Part shown: positions 30,122-41,900 of the stretch, one piece after another
How positions within the stretch are numbered: the first letter of the stretch is position 1
Layout: the number at the start of each line of letters is the position of its first letter
From: Opitutaceae bacterium
GTDB taxonomy: Bacteria; Verrucomicrobiota; Verrucomicrobiia; Opitutales; Opitutaceae
NCBI GenBank assembly: GCA_036675625.1
Contig: JAKFEQ010000066.1
Location: 47,725 to 111,724, forward strand
Direction: 5' to 3'
Length of the DNA: 64,000 bases
The notes under the pieces: generated by a model
What the model saw: only the letters and a program-made list of their open reading frames with translations
What the model was told of the DNA's origin: nothing
The model's database searches: none
Made by a program: the position numbers and the translations under genes

Positions 30122-30190
30122 AACCACTCATCCACACTCATGAACACTAACTCAGAATCATTGAGTGAAGATCAGTGTGCATGAGTGGTT
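30122..30190. repeat. Inverted-repeat element with 9-nt periodic arm (CACACTCAT)
   Basis: AACCACTCAT ccacactcat gaacactaa ... atcagtgtgc ATGAGTGGTT. Confidence 0.65.
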
Positions 30191-30657
30191 CACTCCGTTC
30201 GCGGCTTCGGTTTCGCGAGCGTGCTGATCTCGTCGACGAATTCGGCGACGTCGCGAAATTCCTTATACACACTGGCGAAGCGGACGTAGGCGACTTGATC
30301 GACGGTGCGGAGCCGCTGCATCACGCCTTCGCCGATCGCGCGGGAGGGAATATCCTTTTCGAAGGTGGCTTCGAGGGCGTCCATCACGTCCTCGATCAGC
30401 ATGGCGATCTGTTCGCCGTCGACCGGGCGTTTGTGGCAGGCCGCACGGACGGCGCGGACGAGTTTCTCGCGATCGAAATCCTCGCGGCGACCGTCGCGCT
30501 TGATCACGACGACGCCGTCGCGCACGAGCATCTCCGTCGTGCTATAGCGATGGCCGCACTCGAGGCACTCGCGCCGGCGCCGGATCGTCGAACCCTCCTT
30601 GCTGATGCGGGAGTCGATGACCTTGTCTTCGATCGAGGTGCACTTGGGGCAACGCAT
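30190..30657 (-). CDS. nrdR: Ribonucleotide reductase regulator
   Basis: MRCPKC, KVIDSR, RRRRECLEC, ATP-cone, AYVRFASVY. Confidence 0.97.
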   Translation of the reverse strand: MRCPKCTSIEDKVIDSRISKEGSTIRRRRECLECGHRYSTTEMLVRDGVVVIKRDGRREDFDREKLVRAVRAACHKRPVDGEQIAMLIEDVMDALEATFEKDIPSRAIGEGVMQRLRTVDQVAYVRFASVYKEFRDVAEFVDEISTLAKPKPRTE

Positions 30658-30674
30658 GGGGCAGAATCGGAATT

Positions 30675-30770
30675 AGTAGCGAGGAGCGAGTGGCGGGTAG
30701 CAAGTAGCACGCGGGCGCCAGCGGAGAGTGGTTGGGAGGTTTGTCATGCTCGCTGGTCGCTACTCGCTCC
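30675..30770. repeat. GTAGCGA-heptamer inverted-repeat element, copy 3 (degenerate)
   Basis: agtagcgaggagcgagtggcgggtagcaagtagc ... gctcgctggtcgctactcgctcc. Confidence 0.7.
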
Positions 30771-30777
30771 TTCCGCG

Positions 30778-31344
30778 TCAGTTCAAACTCAGGAAGTTCT
30801 CCAATATCTTCATTCCGCCTTCGGTCGCAATCGACTCCGGGTGGAATTGCACGCCCCAGATCGGGAGCGATTTGTGGCGCAGGCCCATGACCTCGCCCTC
30901 GGCGGTCTCGGCGGTGATCTCGAGTTCGGCCGGGAAGGTGGCGCGCTCGACGAGCAGTGAGTGATAACGCGTCGCGGCGAAATTCTGCGGCAGGCCGCGA
31001 AACACGTCGGTATTCTTGTGCGCGATCGGCGAGGTCTTCCCGTGCATGAGACGCGAGGCGCGGACGACGTTACCGCCGAAATACTGGCCGATCGATTGGT
31101 GGCCGAGGCAAACGCCGAAGATCGGTTTCCGCCCGGCGAAGGCCTTGATGATGTCGAGCGTGACGCCGGCTTCCTTGGGCGAGCACGGTCCGGGTGAGAG
31201 GAGCACGCGCTCGGGATTCAGTGCGATGGCTTCGGCGGGCGTGATCTCGTCATTGCGGAAAACACGCTGCTCCACGCCCAACTGCCCAAAGTATTGGACG
31301 AGGTTGAAGGTGAACGAGTCGTAGTTGTCGATGACGAGCAGCAC
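30778..31344 (-). CDS. Anthranilate/aminodeoxychorismate synthase component II (TrpG/PabA)
   Basis: [30 protein letters not shown]; GTG start inferred. Confidence 0.94.
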   Translation of the reverse strand: MLLVIDNYDSFTFNLVQYFGQLGVEQRVFRNDEITPAEAIALNPERVLLSPGPCSPKEAGVTLDIIKAFAGRKPIFGVCLGHQSIGQYFGGNVVRASRLMHGKTSPIAHKNTDVFRGLPQNFAATRYHSLLVERATFPAELEITAETAEGEVMGLRHKSLPIWGVQFHPESIATEGGMKILENFLSLN

Positions 31345-31471
31345 GGGCGGAAAAAGCGGATGATTGAGGTGCGGAGGCGCCGAAAGCAACGGGAGAGTGC
31401 CCCGGGCGCAATACACGCGGATAAATATTTAGGGATTGGATGTTGCGGTGCGGTGGACCGAACTTCCGGCG

Positions 31472-32641
<1,170 letters not shown>

Positions 32642-32737
32642 AAGGGTGGGGCTCCCACTCCGTTCAGTCCTCAGCAACGTTGTGCTCGCATCGTGGACGG
32701 TCGCGGCTCGGAATCGAGGGCGCTTCACCCTTCCCCC

Positions 32738-34219
32738 ATGCGCACGCTTCTCTGCTGGTTGCCTCTCGCTCTTTTCACTTTGGTCTCCGCGGCCGCTCCG
32801 GCGGCGCCGCCGCCGAACATCGTGCTCATCATCGCGGACGATTTGGCTTGGGACGACGTGGGCGCTTTTGGCCATCCGTCGGTGCGCACGCCGCATCTCG
32901 ACGGACTGGCGCGCGATGGCATGCGGTTCGAGCGCGCGTTTGTCACGGCGAGCTCGTGCAGCCCGAGCCGCTCGAGCCTGATCACCGGAAGGTATCCACA
33001 TAATACGGACGCGGAGCAGTTGCACTGGCCGCTGCCTGCGGAGCAGGTGACGTTTGTCGACGGGTTGCGGGCGGCGGGTTACTGGGCGGGGGCGGCGGGC
33101 AAATGGCATCTCGGCGACGATGCGCGGCGACGTTTCGACGTCGTGCGCGAAGCCGATCCAGCGGGCTACACGCTCGCGACGGGCGCCAAGGCGGGCGACA
33201 CGAAGATGTCGATGAAGGCGACGGGCGACATCCAGAGCGGCTGCATGGATTGGGTGCCGCTGCTGCGCGAGCGACCGCGCGACCGGCCGTTCTTCGTGTG
33301 GCTGGCCGCGCTCGATCCGCATCGCGATTACGAGGAGAAGATCTCGCAGCGGCCGACGCGTCCGGAAGATGTGCTCGTGCCGCGGCATCTGCCGGACACG
33401 CCGGCGGTGCGGCGCGAGCTCGCGGCCTATTACGATGAGATCGAGCGGCTCGATCGCTTCGTGGGCGGCGTGCTGGCGGAACTCGACGCGCAGGGCGTGG
33501 CGGACAACACGCTGGTCGTTTTCCTGAGCGACAACGGCCGGCCGTTCCCGCGCGACAAGACGACGGTGTTCGAGGGCGGCATCAGGACGCCGTTGATCGT
33601 GCGCTGGCCGGGTCGTGCGCCGGCTGGCAGCACGTGCGCGCAGTTGGTGAGCTCGATCGATCTGGCGCCGGGATTCCTCGTGGCGGCGGGGTTGAAGCCG
33701 GCGCCGACGATGCAAGGGGTGAGCTTTCTCCCGCTCCTGGCGGATGCGCGGACGCCGATTCGAGGCGAGGTGTTTGCCGAGCAGAACTGGCACGATTATG
33801 AACAGCGGAGCCGGGCCGTGCGGACGGCGCACTTCAAACTGATCGCCAACGATTACGTCGACTTGCCGAATACGCCGGGTGCCGACGCGGTGCGGGGTGT
33901 CGCCTATCGGGAGATGCAGCGACTGAAGGCGGCCGGGCAGTTGCCGGCGCACCAGCAGCAGTGTTTCACGCTGCCGCGTGCGCGGGTGGAGCTCTACGAT
34001 TTGCGGAGCGATCCGGGCGAATTTGAAAACGTGGCAGAGCGGCCGGCGTATGCGGCGGTGGTCGCGGACCTGTCGGCGCGGCTGGCGAAGTGGACGAAGG
34101 ACACGGGGGACGTCGCGGCTCCGCGGCGCACGCCTGACGAGTTCGACCGTGAGAGCGGGGCGCCACTTCCGAATCGGATTCGGCCGCGGGCGGGCAAGGC
34201 GGTAATGTGGGGCAAATGA
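32738..34219 (+). CDS. Secreted Cys-type sulfatase (N-sulfoglucosamine sulfohydrolase-like)
   Basis: PNIVLIIADD, CSPSR formylglycine motif, GKWHL, DPHR, LSDNG; signal peptide. Confidence 0.92.
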   Translation: MRTLLCWLPLALFTLVSAAAPAAPPPNIVLIIADDLAWDDVGAFGHPSVRTPHLDGLARDGMRFERAFVTASSCSPSRSSLITGRYPHNTDAEQLHWPLPAEQVTFVDGLRAAGYWAGAAGKWHLGDDARRRFDVVREADPAGYTLATGAKAGDTKMSMKATGDIQSGCMDWVPLLRERPRDRPFFVWLAALDPHRDYEEKISQRPTRPEDVLVPRHLPDTPAVRRELAAYYDEIERLDRFVGGVLAELDAQGVADNTLVVFLSDNGRPFPRDKTTVFEGGIRTPLIVRWPGRAPAGSTCAQLVSSIDLAPGFLVAAGLKPAPTMQGVSFLPLLADARTPIRGEVFAEQNWHDYEQRSRAVRTAHFKLIANDYVDLPNTPGADAVRGVAYREMQRLKAAGQLPAHQQQCFTLPRARVELYDLRSDPGEFENVAERPAYAAVVADLSARLAKWTKDTGDVAAPRRTPDEFDRESGAPLPNRIRPRAGKAVMWGK

Positions 34220-34338
34220 GCGCGTAGTGAGGCGGCACGCCGCCCCGGATGCGGGCTCGCAGGCTCTGGCACGGGAGCAGCTGAATTCGCGGGCTTGCGC
34301 GGGCCGCGGCGGGCACCGTAGCGTCGCCGATCATTTTC

Positions 34339-35358
34339 ATGAAGAAAGCGCTTATCACCGGCATCACGGGCCAGGACGGCTCCTATCTCGCGGAGCTTTT
34401 GCTCGCGAAAGGCTACGAGGTTCACGGCGTCATCCGCCGCGCTTCGACCTTCAACACGAGCCGCATCGATCACCTTTACCGCGATCCGCACGTGAACGGC
34501 GTGAAGCTGTTCCTGCATTACGGCGATCTGGCCGACTCGGTGCAGATGGTGAAGCTGCTTTACGAGCTGCAACCGGATGAAATCTACAACCTCGGCGCGC
34601 AGTCGCACGTGCGGGTGTCGTTCGATATTCCGGAGTATACCGGCGATGTCGTGGGCTTGGGTTCGGTGCGCATCCTGGAGGCGGTTCGCGAGGCGGGCCT
34701 GGTGAAGAAATGCCGTTTCTATCAGGCGTCCTCGTCGGAGATGTTTGGCAAGGTGCAGGAGGTTCCCCAGACCGAGACGACGCCGTTCTGGCCGCGGTCG
34801 CCTTACGGCTGCGCAAAAATGTACGCGTATTGGCTGACGGTGAACTACCGCGAGAGCTATAATCTGCACGCATCGAACGGCATCCTTTTCAACCACGAGA
34901 GCCCGCGGCGCGGAGAGACGTTTGTGACGCGCAAGATCACGCGCGCCGCGACCCGGATCAAACTCGGCCTGCAGGAGGCGCTCTACATGGGCAATCTCGA
35001 TGCGCGTCGCGATTGGGGCTACGCGAAGGAATACGTGGAGATGATGTGGGTGATGCTCCAGCAGGACAAGGCGGACGACTACGTCGTGGCGACGAACGAA
35101 ACGCACACCGTGCGCGAGTTCATCCAGGAGACCTTCGGCCTGCTGGATCTCGACTGGGAGAAATACGTGAAATACGACGCGCGTTACGAGCGGCCGGCCG
35201 AGGTCGAGCTGTTGATCGGCAATCCGGCCAAGGCGAAGCGCCAGCTGGGCTGGGAGCCGAAGGTGAAATTCAAGGAGTTGGTGAAGATCATGGTCGACGC
35301 CGATCTGGAGCTTGCGAAACGCGAGGCGCAAATCGCGGCGCTGCCGGTTTTGAAGTAG
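34339..35358 (+). CDS. gmd: GDP-mannose 4,6-dehydratase
   Basis: [37 protein letters not shown]. Confidence 0.98.
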   Translation: MKKALITGITGQDGSYLAELLLAKGYEVHGVIRRASTFNTSRIDHLYRDPHVNGVKLFLHYGDLADSVQMVKLLYELQPDEIYNLGAQSHVRVSFDIPEYTGDVVGLGSVRILEAVREAGLVKKCRFYQASSSEMFGKVQEVPQTETTPFWPRSPYGCAKMYAYWLTVNYRESYNLHASNGILFNHESPRRGETFVTRKITRAATRIKLGLQEALYMGNLDARRDWGYAKEYVEMMWVMLQQDKADDYVVATNETHTVREFIQETFGLLDLDWEKYVKYDARYERPAEVELLIGNPAKAKRQLGWEPKVKFKELVKIMVDADLELAKREAQIAALPVLK

Positions 35359-35440
35359 CGAGTAGTGGGTAGCGAGTAGCGGGCATGTCGGATGCTTGAT
35401 CACCTCGCTACTCGTTACTCGACACTCGTTACTCGCTACT
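35353..35440. repeat. GTAGCGA-heptamer inverted-repeat element, copy 4
   Basis: AAGTAGCGAGTAGTGGGTAGCGAGTAGCG ... CTCGCTACTCGTTACTCGACACTCGTTACTCGCTACT; supplies the gmd TAG stop. Confidence 0.8.
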
Positions 35441-35443
35441 AAA

Positions 35444-36379
35444 ATGAAACTCTATATAGCAGGTCATAACGGCATGGTGGGCGGCGCGCTCGTGCGGCGG
35501 TTCGAGCGCGAGGCAGGGGTATCGCTGCTCCTGCGCACGCGGCGTGAGCTGGATTTGATCAGCCAGGCGGCGGTGGATGCGTTCTTCGCGGCGGAGAAAC
35601 CGGACGTGGCGATCATCGCGGCGGCGAAAGTCGGCGGTATCCACGCCAACAATACCTACCCGGCCGACTTCCTCTTCGACAATCTCGCCATTGCGGCGAA
35701 CACGATCCACTCCGCGTTTCGACACGGCACGAAGCGGCTCCTGTTTCTCGGCAGCTCGTGCATCTATCCGAAGCACGCGCCGCAGCCGATGCAGGAAGAC
35801 GCGCTGCTCACGAGCCCGCTCGAGCCGACCAACGAGGCCTACGCGATCGCGAAGATCACGGGGCTGAAGCTCTGCCAGTATTATAGAAAGCAATACGGCG
35901 TGCTCTTCCACTCGGCGATGCCGACGAACCTCTACGGGCCGGGCGACAATTATCATCCGCAGAACTCCCACGTGCTGCCGGCGCTGATCCGGCGTTTCGA
36001 TGAAGCGCGCGAGGCGGGCAAGCCGGAGGTCGTCGCCTGGGGGACGGGCTCGCCGAAGCGCGAGTTTCTGCATGTCGACGACCTGGCGGATGCGTGCGCC
36101 TTTCTCCTGCAGCTCGGGAATCCGCCGGACTGGATCAACGTCGGCACGGGCACGGATGTGACGATCCGCGAGCTCACGGAGACGGTGGCGGCGGTGACGA
36201 ATTTCCGCGGCCAGATCACGTGGGATAATTCGAAGCCGGATGGCACGCCGCGGAAGTTGATGGATGTGTCGCGGATGTCCGCGCTCGGCTGGAAGGCGCG
36301 GATCGCGTTGCGCGAAGGCATCGAGAAGACGTTCGCGAGCTACCAGGCGGAGAAGGCGGCGGGGACGCTGCGCGGGTGA
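35444..36379 (+). CDS. fcl: GDP-L-fucose synthase
   Basis: [50 protein letters not shown]. Confidence 0.97.
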   Translation: MKLYIAGHNGMVGGALVRRFEREAGVSLLLRTRRELDLISQAAVDAFFAAEKPDVAIIAAAKVGGIHANNTYPADFLFDNLAIAANTIHSAFRHGTKRLLFLGSSCIYPKHAPQPMQEDALLTSPLEPTNEAYAIAKITGLKLCQYYRKQYGVLFHSAMPTNLYGPGDNYHPQNSHVLPALIRRFDEAREAGKPEVVAWGTGSPKREFLHVDDLADACAFLLQLGNPPDWINVGTGTDVTIRELTETVAAVTNFRGQITWDNSKPDGTPRKLMDVSRMSALGWKARIALREGIEKTFASYQAEKAAGTLRG

Positions 36380-36419
36380 GGGCTTGAAGTAGGGTCAGCT
36401 GACGTTACGTTCAGCCCAG

Positions 36420-36977
36420 ATGGAAGCTGCCCGCACGCTGCCGCTGTCGGTCGAGGACTATCTCGCTTTTGAGGAAGTGAGCCAGGTTCGGCATGAGTAT
36501 ATCGGGGGCGAAATCCACGCGATGGCGGGTGAGAGCGTGGCGCATAACACCATTGCGTTGAACATTGCGTCGGCGCTGCGCGGCAAACTCCGCGGCGGAC
36601 CATGCCGCGTCTTCATTGAAAACGTGAAGCTGCGCCTCGAGGTGGCGCGGGAGGATGTTTTCTATTATCCCGACGTGGTTGTTTCCTGTCACCCGACCGG
36701 TGTCGACCGGTTGTTCGTGCGCTTGCCGACGCTCGTGTTCGAGGTGCTCTCACCGAATACGGAGAGCATCGATCGTCGCGAAAAGAAGATGAGTTATCAG
36801 CAGATCGCGACCTTGGATGAATACGTGATCGTGGCGCAGGAGCGGCGCGAAGTGACGATTTTCCGGCGGGCGAATCATTGGGTGCCGGAAACGTTCACGG
36901 CACCCGAAGCGGTCGTGGAATTTCACTCGGTCAAGCAGTCGCTCACGCTGGCGGAGATTTACGAGGACGTAGTCTGA
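36420..36977 (+). CDS. Uma2-family (PD-(D/E)xK) putative endonuclease
   Basis: RHEYIGGEIHAM, YYPDVVV, FEVLSPNTESID, EYVIV. Confidence 0.9.
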   Translation: MEAARTLPLSVEDYLAFEEVSQVRHEYIGGEIHAMAGESVAHNTIALNIASALRGKLRGGPCRVFIENVKLRLEVAREDVFYYPDVVVSCHPTGVDRLFVRLPTLVFEVLSPNTESIDRREKKMSYQQIATLDEYVIVAQERREVTIFRRANHWVPETFTAPEAVVEFHSVKQSLTLAEIYEDVV

Positions 36978-37197
36978 CGTGGTGGCCCCGTGAGTTCGGT
37001 GGGGGGAGCGCGGGTTGTGAGGTAACGTGTTTCGGTGGGACGATCGGCAAGGACGTACCGGGAGCTGCCCTGGCGTCCTGCGGCTAGGTCTCGCGCAAAT
37101 CGCTACAACTTAATTTTTCCCTTTTCGTCTGGCCCGGCGGCGGGGAACCTCCCCGTTTTTCACTGCTCGTAGCGCACTCTTTTTTGCACCGCCTAGA

Positions 37198-38907
37198 ATG
37201 ATCGTCCGACGGGATCCAGAAATTCACTCCAACGCGCCCGCATCCACCCTGCCCGCGCCGCGTCTCCGGATCCCGCCGCCGCCTCGCTGGGCGTTCGTGC
37301 TCGTGGCGCTGGCAGCCTTTGCGTTTCTGCTGCGGGTCTATGCCGGGATCTGGACGCCGGAGCACGGCATCACGAAATTCCTGCGGGTGGGCCAGGAGTT
37401 CGATGATCGGGGCACGGCCGTGTTTCGCGCCACGCCGAAGTTCATCGATCCGTTTCCGGCGCATCGTTGGGGCTTCGATGGGCAGCTTTACGCCGAGATG
37501 GCGCTCGATCCGTTGCTGCGCGATCCGCACTTGCACGTCGCGCTGGATAACCCGCCCTATCGCGCGCAACGCATTCTGCTCTCGTGGCTGGCGTGGTGCT
37601 TCGGGCTCGGGCAGCCGTTCTGGGTGCTCAATGCCTACGCGGCGATGAACCTGATCTTCTGGGTCGGGCTTGCGTGGCTTGCCGGCAGGTTGTTCAGCCC
37701 GCTCGGGTGGACCGGGCTCGCCGGTTATGCGGCGGTGCTCGTGACGTGCGGCGTGATCGAGTCGATGCAGGCCTCGCTCACCGATTTGCCGGCGTTCGTG
37801 TTGATGCTTGGGGCGTTGATGATCGGAGGGACCGCGGGCGCGGGAGTTTTGGCGCTGGCGGCACTGGCGCGGAGCCCGTCGCTCATCGGATTCGTGGGTC
37901 TGGCGCAGCTCACGCCGCCGTGGGGTGAGGCGCTGAGGAAAAATATCCGGCTCGGCCTGATCGCGGCGGTGCCGCTGGCGTTGTGGGCGGCGTATGTGTT
38001 GTGGGTGTTTCGCGGCCGCGAGGTGAACTTCGACGGCGGGAATCTCACGCTGCCGTTTCGCGGCATGATGGAAAAACTCGGGGAGTTTTCCGTGACGGCG
38101 GTGACGGGGAAGATCCGCTGGCACCGGCTTTTCTTCGAGATCTACAAGAGCTACGATTTGCACGCGCTGCTGACGATCATCTCGGTGGTGACGCAGAGCA
38201 TCTACCTCCTGCTGCATCGGGAATGGAAAAACCCGCTTTGGCGGTGGGGCGCGGTCGTGGTCGTCTATTTTTCGTGCATCAGCTTCCTGTCCTGGGAGAG
38301 CCACTTCACGATCACGCGGCATGCGCTGCCGATCACGCTCGTGTTCAACCTCGTGCTGGCCGCGCGGCGCAGCCGGGCGTGGCTGATCTGGTTTCTCCTC
38401 GGCAACTGTTTCGTGCCCTTTGGCGTGCGTTATTTCGACCTCATGCGGGAGTTCAAGACGCCCGCCGCGCTACCGGAATTCGTGATGGTTGCCGCGCCCG
38501 AGGCCGGAGCGAAATCGGCGCCGCTCACCGTCCATTATGGTGAAGGGTGGTCGCGGCAGCAGTGGTGGCCGCACACGACGTGGCGCTGGGCTCGCGGACA
38601 CGCCGCGTCGGTCGTGGTGCACAATGCGGCGGCTGAACCGCTGAAAGCTTCGTTCGCGTTTCTGGCGCGTTCGCGGGTGCCGCGGACCTTTACCGTGCGG
38701 AGAAGTGGCGAGACGCTCCTGCGTTCGACGCTGCCGCCCACGACGCGGGTCGTGTCCATCGATGAGGTTGAATTCCCGCCGGGAGAGACGCGACTGGACT
38801 TCATCGTGGACGGACCGACGACCGAGACGGATGGGATTCCGGGCGAGGATGTCTCCGGTGAGGTTACGTTCAAGATGCAGGATCCGCGGATCACGATTTC
38901 GCGCTAG
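37198..38907 (+). CDS. Multi-pass membrane protein, putative GT-C-type glycosyltransferase/glycopolymer-formation protein with C-terminal soluble domain
   Basis: First loop GFDGQLYAEMALDP...YRAQRIL; about 10 hydrophobic helices; C-terminal GW...WRW beta-rich domain. Confidence 0.6.
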   Translation: MIVRRDPEIHSNAPASTLPAPRLRIPPPPRWAFVLVALAAFAFLLRVYAGIWTPEHGITKFLRVGQEFDDRGTAVFRATPKFIDPFPAHRWGFDGQLYAEMALDPLLRDPHLHVALDNPPYRAQRILLSWLAWCFGLGQPFWVLNAYAAMNLIFWVGLAWLAGRLFSPLGWTGLAGYAAVLVTCGVIESMQASLTDLPAFVLMLGALMIGGTAGAGVLALAALARSPSLIGFVGLAQLTPPWGEALRKNIRLGLIAAVPLALWAAYVLWVFRGREVNFDGGNLTLPFRGMMEKLGEFSVTAVTGKIRWHRLFFEIYKSYDLHALLTIISVVTQSIYLLLHREWKNPLWRWGAVVVVYFSCISFLSWESHFTITRHALPITLVFNLVLAARRSRAWLIWFLLGNCFVPFGVRYFDLMREFKTPAALPEFVMVAAPEAGAKSAPLTVHYGEGWSRQQWWPHTTWRWARGHAASVVVHNAAAEPLKASFAFLARSRVPRTFTVRRSGETLLRSTLPPTTRVVSIDEVEFPPGETRLDFIVDGPTTETDGIPGEDVSGEVTFKMQDPRITISR

Positions 38908-38969
38908 CCGGCGTCGCACGACGCGAGGGCGGAGTAGCGGGTTGGCGGCGCTGGGTTGTCGGTGCAGGT

Positions 38970-41900
38970 GTGTCTTCTCGGCGCGCGGTATTTCAACGGA
39001 TGCGAGTCGGTCTCTTGCTCGTGCTCGTAGGCGCGTGGGTCGCGGAGACCGCGGCACAAGAAATGTGGACGGAGGAAACCAGCGGGACGACGGCGAGCCT
39101 CCGAGGAATTGCGCACGGGCTGGGGCAGTTCGTGGCAGTGGGGAGGGGAGGCATCGTGTTGGTATCGACCGATGGCAGGCGCTGGGAAACGCGCGTCAGC
39201 GGGACGAGTGCCGATTTGTGCGCGATCGCGCATGCGGCGGCGCATTTTGTGGCAGTGGGCGAGGCGGGCGTCGTGCTGGTTTCAAGAGATGCCGTCGTGT
39301 GGCGCCGGGTGGACGTGGAGAGCGGCTACGGGGCGCAGCGACCTTATGTTCCGCGGCGATTGCAGGCGGTCGCGGTGCGGCCGATGGGCTGGTTTGGCGA
39401 GATGCACCCGGGTCCGATTGTCGCGCTGGGGGACGCGGGTGCAGCGACGAGCGGGCATCCGATGAGCGTGAAATGGGGAGGACAGACTGAGGCGACGGCG
39501 GAATCGTGGCGCGGGCTCGCGTTTGGAACTGGTCACGAAGTGCGCGTGGGCGCGACCGGACTCGTGGCGGGAAATACGGGAGCGTTGCAGGTGATCCGCG
39601 CGGGCGTGGAGTTCAATGCAGTGACGTTTGCACGCGAGCAGTTCGTCGCGGTTGGACGCGCCGGGCGGACGCTGCGATCGAATGACGGGCAGGCGTGGCT
39701 CGATGCGCAGGCGCCGACTCGCGCGACGTTGCTCGGGGTGGGTTTTTTCAACGACGCGTTCATTGCGGTGGGGGAGGCCGGCACGATCTTGAGGTCGGTG
39801 GACGCGAGGCAATGGGCGATGGCGAAGATGGGCGGCGGCCCGGCGCTGCGAGCGGTCGCGGGAGCGGAGGACATCGCGGTGGCGGTGGGCGACGAAGGCG
39901 TGATTCTGCGGAGCGTGCTGGCGCAGCGGGCGCCGGAAATCGTGGCGTCGCCGCTGGCGGCGGAGACGGCGGCGGGCGGCGCGGCGGCGTTTCGCGTGGT
40001 GGCAGCGGGGTCAGCACCGCTGGCGTATCAGTGGTTCAAGGACGGCCGGCCGGTGTCCGGTGCGACGGAGCAGGCCCTGATGCTTGATCGGGTGGCCATG
40101 GACGATGCGGGAGCGTATCACGTGCGCGTGACCAATGCGGCAGGCACGGTGACGAGTGCGGCCGTGGCGCTGACGGTGGCGGCGGGCGCGCGCACGCCGA
40201 TCGTGGACGAGGGGTTTCGAGCCGATCCGACGTTGCTCGGGCATCCGCTGGCCATGCTTCCGCTGGCGGATGGAGGCGTGGTTGTGGCGATGCGGGACTT
40301 TGTCGACCAAGTGCCGCTGCTCGAGGCGCGGCCGCGTTCGTATGTGATCCGGCTGCGCGCCGATGGCACGATCGACGCGGGATTTCGCCGGGGATTTCCC
40401 GTGATGGACGAGTTCGAGCAGCGGCCGAATTTCAACGCACCGGTGGTCACGCAACTGCTCGGGCTGGCCGATGGGCGGATCCTGGCGGTGGGCCGCTTCA
40501 TCGCGTACAACGGCGTGGCGCGCGCGGGCCTGGTGAGGTTGTTTGCCGATGGGGCGGTCGACGAGAGTTTCACGGCGCCGGCCGATGTCTTCGACGCGCG
40601 AGAAGGCGCGCTCGCGGCGAAAGCGGCGCTGCAGCGGGACGGGAAAATCGTGGTGCAGACGCCGGCGCGGCAGATTATCCGGCTGCTGCAGGAGGGAGAA
40701 CGCGATCCGACGTTCGTGGCGGAGCAACCGGTGCGCGGCTTGACCAACGCGTTCGCCATCGGCGCAGACGGGCGGATTTTCATCGGGACGTATTCGATTG
40801 AGGGGCGGCGGGAGTCGGTCGTGGCGGCGCTGTTGCCCGATGGGGCGAACGATCCGTCGTTCGTGCCGTTCATGAGCGATCCGGTGGTGAAGCTCCATGC
40901 GCTGCCGGATGGAAAGGTGATCGTGGGGACGCGCTTCGATCGCGGACCGTATGCGGGGTGGCCGCCGAATCCGGGGCCGCGTTTCGTGTTTTCCACCTTC
41001 CGGTTGCAGGCCGACGGCGCGCTCGATCCGATGTTTGCCGTGCAGCCCGTGGAACTCACGGCGCCGCCGGCGGCGAATGGCGACGTGCTGGTGGGCAACC
41101 GGTTTTTCTCGGCCGATGGAGGCGAGGTGGCGGTGAATCTCGGCGTGCGGGCTTCTAATCCGACGGCCGCGGTGCTCGAGCCGGGGGGACGTTTGTGGAT
41201 CGGCGGCGACTTCGAGGTTTATCACGGCGTGCGAACGCCACGCGTGGCGCGATTGAATGTCGTCGCGAGTGAGAACACGATGGTGCCGCGGATCCTCGCC
41301 GCCTGGGCCGAACGGCCGGTGGTGCGTATCCGCGAAACGGTGACACTGCGCGTCGCGGCGATCGGCCCGGGGCCGCTCACCTACGAATGGAGAACCGGCT
41401 CATCGCCCTCGTGGGAGGTGACCGCGGAACCGTGGCATGCCTTTACCCCGGACTCGGTGGCGCAGTCGGGCGAGTTTTCGGTGCGGGTGCGAAATGCGGC
41501 CGGTGAGGCGACGAGTTTGCGCGGCAGCGTGACGATCGTGCCGGGGGAATTGCGGATCGTTTCCCAGCCGCGGCGAGTGTCGTTGATGGAAGGGCGCGAG
41601 GGGCGGATCGCGTTCGAGCTCGCTCCCGGCAGCGCTCCCCAGTGGGGCGAGTGGTATCGCGACGGGATGCCGGTCGCGACCATGAGTTTCGGCGGCGCGC
41701 TGGATGGGGGGCTGTCGTATCTCACTTTTGCCAGGGTGGAGCGTGCGCATGCGGGCGTCTACACGGCGCGACTGACCGACCTGCACGGCGCGACCCTGAC
41801 GACGGAGCCGATTGTCGTCACGGTGGGCGACGCGTCGCGGTTTGTGAATCTGAGCACCCGCGCCCAGGTGGGTGCGGGCGACAAGGTGGCGATCCTTGGT

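Noticed and set aside
34267-34281. Sigma-54-like TGGCACG-N4-CAGC upstream of gmd
   Set aside because: GG/GC spacing is correct but the -12 element lacks TTGC; a chance match is likely in GC-rich DNA.
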